Shown: one piece after another, positions 47,963 to 55,955 of the stretch
How positions within the stretch are numbered: the stretch's first letter is position 1
How the letters are laid out: the number at the start of each line of letters is the position of its first letter
Assembly: GCA_947629775.1 (NCBI GenBank)
Contig: CANRFA010000003.1
Location: 48,098-112,097, forward strand
Length of the DNA stretch: 64,000 nt
Reading direction: 5' to 3'
Origin: an uncultured Oscillospiraceae bacterium
GTDB taxonomy: Bacteria > Bacillota > Clostridia > Oscillospirales > Oscillospiraceae
The notes under the pieces: generated by a model
The model's input: only the letters and a program-made list of their open reading frames with translations
What the model was told of the DNA's origin: nothing
The model's database searches: none
Made by a program: the position numbers and the translations under genes

Positions 47963-48270
47963 TGAGGATCCCTCCCCAGCCGGGAGTAGTACACCGGCAG
48001 TCCGTCTTTCAGCTCGCCTTCCTTGTGAGTTACGAATCCATGCTGCTGAAAGCGGTAAAGGCGATACAGCTCCCGCATACAGGGCATGGCGCTGGCAAGG
48101 TGGTCCGCAGTCACCGGTTCCTCCGGCCCGTATAAGGTCAGATACCAGTAGGCCAGACAGTCATCTGCCGTATCCCACGCCCTCTGGCTCATGTCACGAT
48201 CAATGTTCTCCAGCAGTTGACCGGCGAAGCTGTCCAGTTTCCTGTCCAGCATCTCAGTTGTGGTATCCAT
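47959..48270 (-). CDS. Phage hypothetical protein
   Basis: ORF track. Confidence 0.55.
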   Translation of the reverse strand: MDTTTEMLDRKLDSFAGQLLENIDRDMSQRAWDTADDCLAYWYLTLYGPEEPVTADHLASAMPCMRELYRLYRFQQHGFVTHKEGELKDGLPVYYSRLGRDPQ

Positions 48271-48478
48271 CTTCGCCGTTCCCCTTTCCGTTGTAATACG
48301 TGTAATCTGAGGGCCGGTTTGTATTCCCCTGGCTCACACGCTTCACGGGCTGATCCGTCTTATGGCTTATCGTCACGCAGACTTCATGCACTGCCCCACG
48401 GATGGCTGCTACAACGAGGATGAAAAGCGCTGCAAACAGCAGCGGATGCTCACCTGCGAAGGCCCACATCCCAGTCAC
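48254..48478 (-). CDS. Small membrane protein
   Basis: One hydrophobic helix. Confidence 0.45.
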   Translation of the reverse strand: MTGMWAFAGEHPLLFAALFILVVAAIRGAVHEVCVTISHKTDQPVKRVSQGNTNRPSDYTYYNGKGNGEDGYHN

Positions 48479-48962
48479 CTCTTTCCACCGTAAAATTCAG
48501 AACCCATACTTCCGGGTCGTTTTCCCGCCTGTAGTCGCTGAATCTGCTCAGTTTCCAGTCCAGCAGAAGGGCTGCCAGCGGGTTTGCCGTCTCCAGCCCG
48601 TCTACCAGACAGTCTCCAAACCCGCAGCTGATTCCATCCTCGACTGTCAACTGCGACATCCTCTTGCGCTTTACCCCGGTAATCCGCAGGCCCAACCGGC
48701 AGGCAGCAGATGGCAGCAGGGTCGCTGCGTGCCATCTGCAATTGCACAGATCGAAGCTGTCCGCATCCGCCTGCCAGCAGATGCGATCCCCTTCGTACCG
48801 AAAGGCCTCCTTGACCAGAATGACATCTCCAGGGAGGTATGGGGTCTTCCCACTCTTCCTGTTCGCCTTGGTTACCGGAAGAATCTCAGCAGTCTTAGTG
48901 CCTGCCAGCAGGGCCTCGACTTTCCGGGCTGACATACAGATCGATCTCCTGGGTGTAACCAT
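48450..48962 (-). CDS. ASCH/PUA-like phage protein
   Basis: GDVILVKEAF, RLGLRITGVK and DPEVWVLNF. Confidence 0.6.
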   Translation of the reverse strand: MVTPRRSICMSARKVEALLAGTKTAEILPVTKANRKSGKTPYLPGDVILVKEAFRYEGDRICWQADADSFDLCNCRWHAATLLPSAACRLGLRITGVKRKRMSQLTVEDGISCGFGDCLVDGLETANPLAALLLDWKLSRFSDYRRENDPEVWVLNFTVERGDWDVGLRR

Positions 48963-49161
48963 CCTCTACCTCGCCTTTCCTCGCCTTCAGACATAACAGG
49001 CCGTCCTTATTCACTGCCCAGTCTCCCTGGCGCAGCCTCCACTTGCGCTGCTTCTCTACCACGTAGTTCCAACCGCAGTGACTGCACTCTCCAGGCAGAC
49101 ACGTTGCTCTCGGATTCACAAAGCCCTTCAGAATGCACTTATCCTTTTCCATACGCTTCAC
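48895..49161 (-). CDS. Small Cys-containing phage protein
   Basis: C..GECSHCGW. Confidence 0.45.
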   Translation of the reverse strand: MKRMEKDKCILKGFVNPRATCLPGECSHCGWNYVVEKQRKWRLRQGDWAVNKDGLLCLKARKGEVEDGYTQEIDLYVSPESRGPAGRH

Positions 49162-49221
49162 CTCCTGTCTCCAGGGGAAGCGCCTCCAGGAGCCAGATTG
49201 ATCCCCGCCCTTTTCAAGTCA

Positions 49222-49674
49222 TTACCCCCTCTTCCAGCTGTCTGAATCAGGCGGGCCAGCCATGCTGCCCGTACTGCCCCAACCGCCACGGTTCGTATTT
49301 CCAAGGCTGTCCACCGGCTGGAAGGTTATGCCCGGGGCCTTCTTCAGCACCTGAAACTGGCAGATCCGGGCCCCCTTGGGGACGTCCGTATCCCGGATGG
49401 CGTAGGCCGGAAACTTCCAGATATCCCCGTCTCCGCAGAAGTCGGATTCGAAGATGCCTATGGAATTAGCCTGCAGCAGCCCCCAGCGCTTGCACGTGGA
49501 GCTGCGTGGAGCCATGATGGCGTAATAGCCGTCCGGTAACTGCATGCTTACTCCAAGGTCGATCATGCAAACCTCGCCCTTGCGCATATGTGCCTCTTCA
49601 GCGGTGCTCAGATCCACCCACTCTCCGTGGCGTTCGGGAAGCGGGTTGCCATGCGTGTTGATTCTCACCTTCAT
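49222..49674 (-). CDS. dut: Trimeric dUTPase
   Basis: APRSS, NSIGIFESDFCG, RICQF and RGGWGSTG. Confidence 0.85.
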   Translation of the reverse strand: MKVRINTHGNPLPERHGEWVDLSTAEEAHMRKGEVCMIDLGVSMQLPDGYYAIMAPRSSTCKRWGLLQANSIGIFESDFCGDGDIWKFPAYAIRDTDVPKGARICQFQVLKKAPGITFQPVDSLGNTNRGGWGSTGSMAGPPDSDSWKRG

Positions 49675-49711
49675 GGCGGACCCCTGCTCATCCTTCGCTC
49701 TGGCGCTCAAC

Positions 49712-50002
49712 TCACTCATTCTGCTTCCCCTCGCTCTTCATTTCGGAAACCAGCTCCCCTCCGCAGGCTGCGTAGCCCGCAAGATCGATAAAGCTGTCCA
49801 GCGTAGCGGTTCCGGACTGGATCCGGCCTATCTTCAGCAGCCCCATCATGACCGCTACATCAACGGGGGTAAACGGTATCCCCTTATAGGCCTCCCACAG
49901 TCTCCCAATCGCCGTAAAGTTGTCTTCCGGCTTCCCGTAATCGGTCTGGCGCTGACCGCAGACGCAGCCATACGCCGTCTCCAGAATTTCCTTTCTCTTC
50001 AT
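49712..50002 (-). CDS. Phage protein (DUF6378-like)
   Basis: RQTDYGKPEDNF, LLKIGR and DSFIDLAGYAACG. Confidence 0.75.
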   Translation of the reverse strand: MKRKEILETAYGCVCGQRQTDYGKPEDNFTAIGRLWEAYKGIPFTPVDVAVMMGLLKIGRIQSGTATLDSFIDLAGYAACGGELVSEMKSEGKQNE

Positions 50003-50364
50003 CCGGGATTCTCCTTTTCATTCCAGCTCAGGCGCACAGCTCGATCGTCCCAGTATTCGTCCGCTCCAACCTTGCGACAGTCTGATCCGAAATACGCTAT
50101 GCGCCAGGCCGGGTTCTCGTTGACTGCCTCGAACTCCAACCCCCAGCTTTGGCAGGCCTCCACGGCCTCCTCCAGCAGATCCCCCTCCCTGCACGTCCAC
50201 AGGACCAGGCAGCTCCCAGCCCGCTGCTCGGCCAGCGCCCTGCGGATGACCGGCCAGTTGGGAGGCCCAACCTCCGGAAACTGCTCCCGGCACAGACACC
50301 CGTCAAAATCAATCGCAATCACCCGTCTCAATCCGTCCATTCCGCCTTTGATGCCTTCGGTCAT
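49999..50364 (-). CDS. HAD-superfamily hydrolase (phage type)
   Basis: IAIDFDGCL, LWTCR and KVGADEYWDD. Confidence 0.75.
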   Translation of the reverse strand: MTEGIKGGMDGLRRVIAIDFDGCLCREQFPEVGPPNWPVIRRALAEQRAGSCLVLWTCREGDLLEEAVEACQSWGLEFEAVNENPAWRIAYFGSDCRKVGADEYWDDRAVRLSWNEKENPG

Positions 50365-51092
50365 TTCTTCCCTCTCCCCTGCTGGTCGTCAAAACAGTAG
50401 GCGTATCCATCCGGCCAGTAGGGATCCGCTACACGCCCCTTGCACCTCCTGCTGATGGATGTGCTGGATGCGTAATTCGCCTTGGCTGCCTCCTTGATCG
50501 AAGGATACCTGGCTACCACGTTATGATCCCTGTCCATCTTCCGCACCGGCCTCCTCCAGGCATTCTTCTTTATCACCGGAGCTGCCTGCGCTTTTGGCCC
50601 TCTCTTTTCCTCGTCGTAGGTGAAGGTGTATCCACTGGGCCAAAAAGGGTCTACAACCTGACCTTTGCATTTCCTCCATACATTGGAAGCTGAAATGCCG
50701 TTGGCGTCCGCAGCTGCCTGAATGGATTTATAGAAGGCGAGGATGTTCCCTTCCCGATCGACTTTCCTCACGGCCCGCCTGTGTCTGTTCATCCATCTGC
50801 ATGGAGTGTTCAGCGGGATCAGCTCCAGGTTCCGCAAGGAGTTGTCGGTGCAGTCCTCGCTCCGGTGTATGATCTTGTAGCCCGGCTTCCGTCCGCCCAG
50901 GTAGGCGTCCGCCATCAGCCCGGCCACGGTCACTCTTACGCTCCCCTTATTGGGCAGCAGCAGATTGACAACCGCCCGCCCGGAATAGACGTGCTGTCCC
51001 AGCGGGATCCACACACCGTCCACCTGTTTCTCCACAGTTCCGGCTGTACTGATCCGGTAAGGAATCCGGTAGCCCGGGATCATTCTGTACAT
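50361..51092 (-). CDS. NUMOD4/HNH-like protein with two NUMOD1-like repeats
   Basis: YRISTAG, HRSEDCTDNSLRNL, FYKSIQAAA and YPSIKEAA. Confidence 0.68.
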   Translation of the reverse strand: MYRMIPGYRIPYRISTAGTVEKQVDGVWIPLGQHVYSGRAVVNLLLPNKGSVRVTVAGLMADAYLGGRKPGYKIIHRSEDCTDNSLRNLELIPLNTPCRWMNRHRRAVRKVDREGNILAFYKSIQAAADANGISASNVWRKCKGQVVDPFWPSGYTFTYDEEKRGPKAQAAPVIKKNAWRRPVRKMDRDHNVVARYPSIKEAAKANYASSTSISRRCKGRVADPYWPDGYAYCFDDQQGRGKK

Positions 51093-51964
51093 TCCGGGGC
51101 CTCCTGAACGAAGGCAAACCACGTTCCGTCCCTGAACGGCTTGGGCTGTGGCAGCTTCGCCCTTTCCGCAATCTCCCTGATCGAATGGTGGGAATCTCTC
51201 CCGGCCTCCGTCAGAGTCCTGTAGACCCTGAGCAGATTCCCGTCCCTGTCGTACTTCGCCACCGGCCTGCAATGTTTCTCCCGGCTTGCCTCCCGTACCT
51301 CGTCTTTTGATGCGAGGCGGAGATTGACCAGTCTGCAGTCTTTCGGATCCCCGTTGATGGGCCAGGCCTGAAACCCTGCCGGGATCTCGCCCCTGTAAGC
51401 CTGATAGATCAGGTTCCTCACCGCAACAGGGCTGGATCGCCCGCTGGAGTCCTGAATGCAGACATACTCGACCGGCGATTCAGACCTCGTAAACCTGTTC
51501 TTGCGCTCCCAGTTCCCTTCCTTATATACCTCCACCTCTCCAGCTTCGTTTACCCTGACGGGATACCTGGTCCCCTGAAGTATATTCCACCCAGGTTCGT
51601 TATCATCTGGAAAAGTGATGTTCACCAGTCTGTGCCTGCGCAGGCCATTGATATGGCCCAGCTCCTGAAAGGTCATGATCTTCAGGTTCTCCAGGCGGTC
51701 GTCCGTTTTGTCCCCGTTCAGGTGAACCGCTACGCACCCTCTGGGGATTCTGCCAAGAAAGGCGGTTGCCACCAGCGAAGATACCGATTTTGCGATCTTC
51801 TCTCCTCCATTGGTATACAGGTGGACGTGCCTGCGCCCCTTGCTGAGATAGTACCGGGCCTGACTCCACTCACCATCTGCCAGCTGTTCCACGTCTCCGG
51901 CGCTGCTTACACGGATGGGAATCCGGAGTCCGTCAATCTGTCTCCATCTGATCTGCATATACAA
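51080..51964 (-). CDS. Double NUMOD4/HNH-like unit plus NUMOD1
   Basis: HLNGDKTDDRLENL, PINGDPKDCRLVNL and YRTLTEAG. Confidence 0.7.
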   Translation of the reverse strand: MYMQIRWRQIDGLRIPIRVSSAGDVEQLADGEWSQARYYLSKGRRHVHLYTNGGEKIAKSVSSLVATAFLGRIPRGCVAVHLNGDKTDDRLENLKIMTFQELGHINGLRRHRLVNITFPDDNEPGWNILQGTRYPVRVNEAGEVEVYKEGNWERKNRFTRSESPVEYVCIQDSSGRSSPVAVRNLIYQAYRGEIPAGFQAWPINGDPKDCRLVNLRLASKDEVREASREKHCRPVAKYDRDGNLLRVYRTLTEAGRDSHHSIREIAERAKLPQPKPFRDGTWFAFVQEAPECTE

Positions 51965-52439
51965 ATCGCTTCCCTTTCAATGATGTGCGCCATTTCCCAG
52001 CGCACCAGCCTGACACGCTTCTTTCATGAACCCCGTAGGCCCTGGCAGCGGATCGGACGGACTCAAACCGCTCTATCGTTCCATCCTCGCTGCACACGCA
52101 CACCGGCCTGGTTGGCCTCCTCCGCCCGCCCGTCCGCCCACACTCGGCGGATACCGCAAACCTGAGATTGCAAAGCCTCTGATCCTCCTTGTTCCCATTG
52201 ACGTGCAGGACATAAGTGGCAGGAGGGATCTTCCCAATGAATCCCTCCATCACCAGCCTGCCACATGGAACAGAAACGCTTTTCCCCCGCTTACCCTTCA
52301 GGGATACGCAAGCCCCTCCGTTTCTGTCCCTGTGGACGGCGGGCCTGCTCCAGGCCCCGTTGATATACCGCTCAATCACACCATCCGCATTCACCCGCAC
52401 CGGATAGGCAAACCGGTTAATCTGCCTCCACGGATCCAA
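51933..52439 (-). CDS. NUMOD4/HNH-like protein plus NUMOD1
   Basis: HVNGNKEDQRLCNL and FESVRSAA; start uncertain. Confidence 0.62.
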   Translation of the reverse strand: MDPWRQINRFAYPVRVNADGVIERYINGAWSRPAVHRDRNGGACVSLKGKRGKSVSVPCGRLVMEGFIGKIPPATYVLHVNGNKEDQRLCNLRFAVSAECGRTGGRRRPTRPVCVCSEDGTIERFESVRSAARAYGVHERSVSGWCAGKWRTSLKGKRFVYADQMETD

Positions 52440-52453
52440 AGCTGCCCGCCCCC

Positions 52454-52609
52454 CTACGCATTGACGAGCAGTCTGTCTGCTTCGAGCAGCTCTACAATCC
52501 GCAGGCAAAGTTCCATGCCAGCCTTCAGGCCCGGACTCAGATTGTGCTGGACCAGCCATGGCTCCACCGCATCCTGATAGATCGCCTGCATAAGGGTGAT
52601 ATCAGACAT
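52454..52609 (-). CDS. Small protein, paralogue of 53194-53382
   Basis: Manual translation ..IYQDAVEPWLVQH..ELCLRIVELLE. Confidence 0.58.
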   Translation of the reverse strand: MSDITLMQAIYQDAVEPWLVQHNLSPGLKAGMELCLRIVELLEADRLLVNA

Positions 52610-52615
52610 GCCCGT

Positions 52616-53197
52616 TCACCGCCGTTCATCCAGGTAGGAGGCCTGCATGTCTGCGATATGGAGGAACAGGGCCAGAGGGAACTCCTCGTACACGTGCCCC
52701 AGGTTGCGGAAGCCTCCCTTGACGGAATCGTCAAAGGCCCCCATGTGCCACCGGATCGCCAGCGCCTCCTCCGCAGACAGGTGGATATACCGTTCAATGA
52801 GCCACAGGGACTTTTCGCCATGCCCCAGAGGGCAGTCGTCCCAGAAGCTCCAGGTCTGTTCCCCATTGACCAGCCTGGGCCGGTATACCCCAACCTTGCA
52901 GACATCGTGGAGCAGCCCGCAGATCGCAAGGCTCTCCCTGCTCACAGCGAATATTCCAGACGGGGCTCCCGCCAGAAGGATCCGCTCCTGGTCAATCAGC
53001 TCCACGAGCCTGTTGTACACGTGCAGGCTGTGTTCGCACAGGCCCCCTTCATAGGCCCCGTGGAATTTCGTACTGGCCGGGGAGGAGAAGAAATCGCTCC
53101 CCTCCAGCCAGCTCAGGAGCCTGTCAGACCCCTCCCTGTGGATGGCGCTGCCGTACGCCTCCACGAAGGCTTCCCTGTTCTCCGCTACGCTTTTCAT
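52616..53197 (-). CDS. HD-domain phosphohydrolase
   Basis: PASTKFHG..GGLCEHS and LLHDVCK. Confidence 0.85.
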   Translation of the reverse strand: MKSVAENREAFVEAYGSAIHREGSDRLLSWLEGSDFFSSPASTKFHGAYEGGLCEHSLHVYNRLVELIDQERILLAGAPSGIFAVSRESLAICGLLHDVCKVGVYRPRLVNGEQTWSFWDDCPLGHGEKSLWLIERYIHLSAEEALAIRWHMGAFDDSVKGGFRNLGHVYEEFPLALFLHIADMQASYLDERR

Positions 53198-53382
53198 ACG
53201 GCCTCCCTTTCTGCTGCGGAACCCGTGCCTCCCGCAGCCAAGGCTTCTTCATCCTCAAGCGCTTCCAGAATCCGGACGCAGAACTCCACTCCGTCCCTCC
53301 TGCTTACCAGCCACTCGTGCTTTTCCAGCCATGGCTCCAGCAGATCCTGATACAGCCTGATGCCTGTCGCCAGATCCGCCAT
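53194..53382 (-). CDS. Small protein, paralogue of 52454-52609
   Basis: LYQDLLEPWLEKH..EFCVRILEALE. Confidence 0.58.
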   Translation of the reverse strand: MADLATGIRLYQDLLEPWLEKHEWLVSRRDGVEFCVRILEALEDEEALAAGGTGSAAEREAV

Positions 53383-53540
53383 TACGCATCCCACTCCTCG
53401 TTGAGAAGGGGCAGGGACTCAAACCAGCGTTCGAGGCCCGGGAACAGAGGAAGGATCCGGTCCATGGCATCCGCTGCCAGCCCCATAGCCAAAAAGACAC
53501 CGTTGATCACAATCACGTATACCAGAAACTCCGCCAGCAT
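53382..53540 (-). CDS. Small single-TM protein (52 aa)
   Basis: Manual translation MLAEFLVYVIVINGVFLAMG...; AAAGGAG RBS. Confidence 0.55.
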   Translation of the reverse strand: MLAEFLVYVIVINGVFLAMGLAADAMDRILPLFPGLERWFESLPLLNEEWDA

Positions 53541-53618
53541 AACCCCGTTCTCCTTTCATCGTTGCCGTTGGCAATCTGCCAACATCGATACCTGGCTCCC
53601 CTCGCCGGGGACAAGTGT

Positions 53619-53647
53619 ATTCTACATCTGATTTGGCAAGCTGTCAA
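53619..53647 (-). promoter_or_regulatory. Promoter with two box A operators
   Basis: TTGACA-N17-TAGAAT; TTGGCAAGCTGTCAA over the -35 and TTGGCAATCTGCCAA at 53568-53582. Confidence 0.72.
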
Positions 53648-53752
53648 CGCTGATTTAGAACTTTCTTCAACTTTTTTCAGAATCTTTCCGTCTGGCGATA
53701 AGTCCCGGTGCAAACGAAAAGCCCGCCCTGACAACCAGAGCGGGCAGTCTGC

Positions 53753-54505
53753 TCAGATATCAAGTTCCATCAGGACGGGGCAGCCGTACACAGCAACGGC
53801 CCCTTCCAGCACCTCCACACTGACGATCCGGGAGGCCAGCGCCTCCGTCACATAGAAGGAGGAGAACCGAAAGCCAAAGTCCTTCTCCTTCATGACCCTG
53901 GTCTTCCAGTAGGTGTAGGCCTTCCCGTGAGGGTGCGTGTACCGGTAGGCATCGACATAGCCCTGCCCCAGCAGGTCCCTCAGCTTCTCCCTCTCCTCCG
54001 GGAGGTATCCGGGTTGCCTGGCGCAGTACCTGGGATCCTCCAGATCGTCATCCTCCAGGCACACCAGCATGGCCCCGCCCATGATCACCGGCTTCTTCCT
54101 CTGCAGGGCAGCTGCGTAATCGTTCAGCTTCGCCATCCAGCGCAGCTTGTCCAGCACCTTGCCCAGCGCCCCGCTGGGGGTGGAGAAGTTCACCAGGTAA
54201 AACTCCTCATACTCCAGGGTCGTGACCCTTACCGTATCCGGCTTCTTCTCCGTCCCCATCCCGTACTGTACGGACAGAGGGGCCTCCCTGACCAGCGTAA
54301 CGGTGTTGCGATACGTACACAGCTCCTCGTCATTTACGTTCCAGTACTGGAGATAGCCATCCCCCAGGAGCTTTTCGGACCTCTCCCGCTTCAGCTTAGG
54401 CTTCTGGAAGAATACGGCGTCGAAGTCCCCCCTGGTGAATACCTCCAGCTCCCCACGCTTCTTCCTGGCGTTCAGCCCGCTCAGGTCCCACGTCATCAGC
54501 TTCAT
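53753..54505 (-). CDS. Exonuclease III/AP endonuclease homologue with degenerate catalytic motifs
   Basis: Overall Xth pattern (..SVQYG, RVTTLEY, GYVDAYRYTHP..YTYW) with the active-site motifs altered. Confidence 0.75.
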   Translation of the reverse strand: MKLMTWDLSGLNARKKRGELEVFTRGDFDAVFFQKPKLKRERSEKLLGDGYLQYWNVNDEELCTYRNTVTLVREAPLSVQYGMGTEKKPDTVRVTTLEYEEFYLVNFSTPSGALGKVLDKLRWMAKLNDYAAALQRKKPVIMGGAMLVCLEDDDLEDPRYCARQPGYLPEEREKLRDLLGQGYVDAYRYTHPHGKAYTYWKTRVMKEKDFGFRFSSFYVTEALASRIVSVEVLEGAVAVYGCPVLMELDI

Positions 54506-54546
54506 GCCTGTTCATCTCTCCTTCACCCACGTGGATGGATACCAGC

Positions 54547-54575
54547 ATGATACTACTGAATTGCCAGTTTGTCAA
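54547..54575 (-). promoter_or_regulatory. Promoter with a box A variant over the -35
   Basis: TTGACA-N17-TATCAT; TTGCCAGTTTGTCAA. Confidence 0.6.
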
Positions 54576-54683
54576 CTGCTCAACCCCATTCAGTAAAAAA
54601 TTTGAACCTTTTTCAAAAAGGGACTTGCATTGTAGCGCCTACTGTGATACAATAGGGGCTACTTAAAGAAGGGGGTATACAAA

Positions 54684-55154
54684 ATGAGGGAGCTGACAGC
54701 TGTAGAGACCGCCAATCTGTCCAGAATGGAGGCCCGGCTCAAGGAGCTGGCTGACTGCGGGCTGCTGGATGTTATGAAGGAAGTATGGCCGGAGCGGGCA
54801 GATCTGGTCCGGGAGGCCTTTGTAGACGAGTTCGCCAGGAGTCCGTCCGTGAAGGCGGAGCTGCGGGGTTCCACGGAAGCAAAGCGAACCAGCGCAGACG
54901 TAGTAGACCGGATCGTCCTGAAGTGGAGGAAGGATATTGTCACCCGGATGATCGAATACTACTCGCTCAACTACGACAGGAACCAGATGCTCGACCTGCT
55001 CAACCAGATGTGGCGGAAGGAACCTACGGCTGGCGGGTTTGATTACCCGTACCGTGGACCCTCCCGTGATATCCAGGACAACCTCTTCGCCAACTGGAAC
55101 GCACGGCACCGGACCCTCCCGCCCATCCAGGAAACCTTTGAGGGTTACTGCTGA
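54684..55154 (+). CDS. Phage hypothetical protein
   Basis: Promoter TTGCAT-N17-TACAAT at 54625-54653; hairpin at 55161-55200. Confidence 0.65.
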   Translation: MRELTAVETANLSRMEARLKELADCGLLDVMKEVWPERADLVREAFVDEFARSPSVKAELRGSTEAKRTSADVVDRIVLKWRKDIVTRMIEYYSLNYDRNQMLDLLNQMWRKEPTAGGFDYPYRGPSRDIQDNLFANWNARHRTLPPIQETFEGYC

Positions 55155-55228
55155 GATCATAAAAAGCCCCCGTCCAGGCTGTTGCCTGAGCGGGGGTTTC
55201 GTTCATAGACTCATATACCTCCAGGATC

Positions 55229-55267
55229 AAAAAAAGCCCCCCACCCGGCTCGTAGCCAGGAGGGGGG
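55229..55267 (-). terminator. Intrinsic terminator, minus strand
   Basis: GC-rich stem followed by a T7 tract on the minus strand. Confidence 0.6.
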
Positions 55268-55637
55268 TATATGCCGTCAGTCTTTCAGCGGGGTATGAGC
55301 GAGGGGGAGCACTCGACACCCCAGGCTGGCGGGCGATAAACGGGTCGGAGGTTAGAACCCGCAGTCGCTGCAGGAAACCGGCGTGACACTATCAATTGTC
55401 GTAAGCCGTATATAAAACTGTCAAGTATACAGCGTGATTTTTCACACATTTATACTTCAGTTATATCAGATTTGAAAGTCATAACAGTAAACATACAGGT
55501 AAAAAGGCCACTAACATGGTTTCTTTCCCCTTCATGTTTATCTGCAAAAGGGGTTGACTTTCTGCGGAGAATGTGTTACCCTGTCAGAGCTGATTTCGGT
55601 CAGCGTCATATATCCTGTTGGGAAAGGAAGGTCAGTT

Positions 55638-55952
55638 ATGGAATATGACTTAACGTGGGAGCCATTCAGCTCTGTCAGGACCGGTGCGGAGGAGCTGTGC
55701 GATCAGTATCTGGAGGAGCGCTACAGCATGATAACCGGCATTTATAAGGGGTATGAAGGAGATGAGATCATCGAGTACATAGAGTCTCTCATCCAGGCCG
55801 ATTTTACAAAGCCTGGGGAGCGCATCCCGTCAGGCACTGTGACATACCACGGTGCTCCAATCCATATTGGGGATGTGTGCGAGGCGTGGCACCGCAGTCC
55901 GCATGGTTTCGGGTGCAGCCTGGCCTTCAGCCGGTCAAGGATGAACGGCTGA
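55638..55952 (+). CDS. Phage hypothetical protein
   Basis: AAAGGAAGG RBS; start MEYDLT. Confidence 0.55.
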   Translation: MEYDLTWEPFSSVRTGAEELCDQYLEERYSMITGIYKGYEGDEIIEYIESLIQADFTKPGERIPSGTVTYHGAPIHIGDVCEAWHRSPHGFGCSLAFSRSRMNG

Positions 55953-55955
55953 AGG

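Noticed and set aside
55275-55390. tRNA gene (GGTTAGAACCC resembles a T-loop)
   Set aside because: No acceptor stem, D-arm or anticodon arm could be folded around it.
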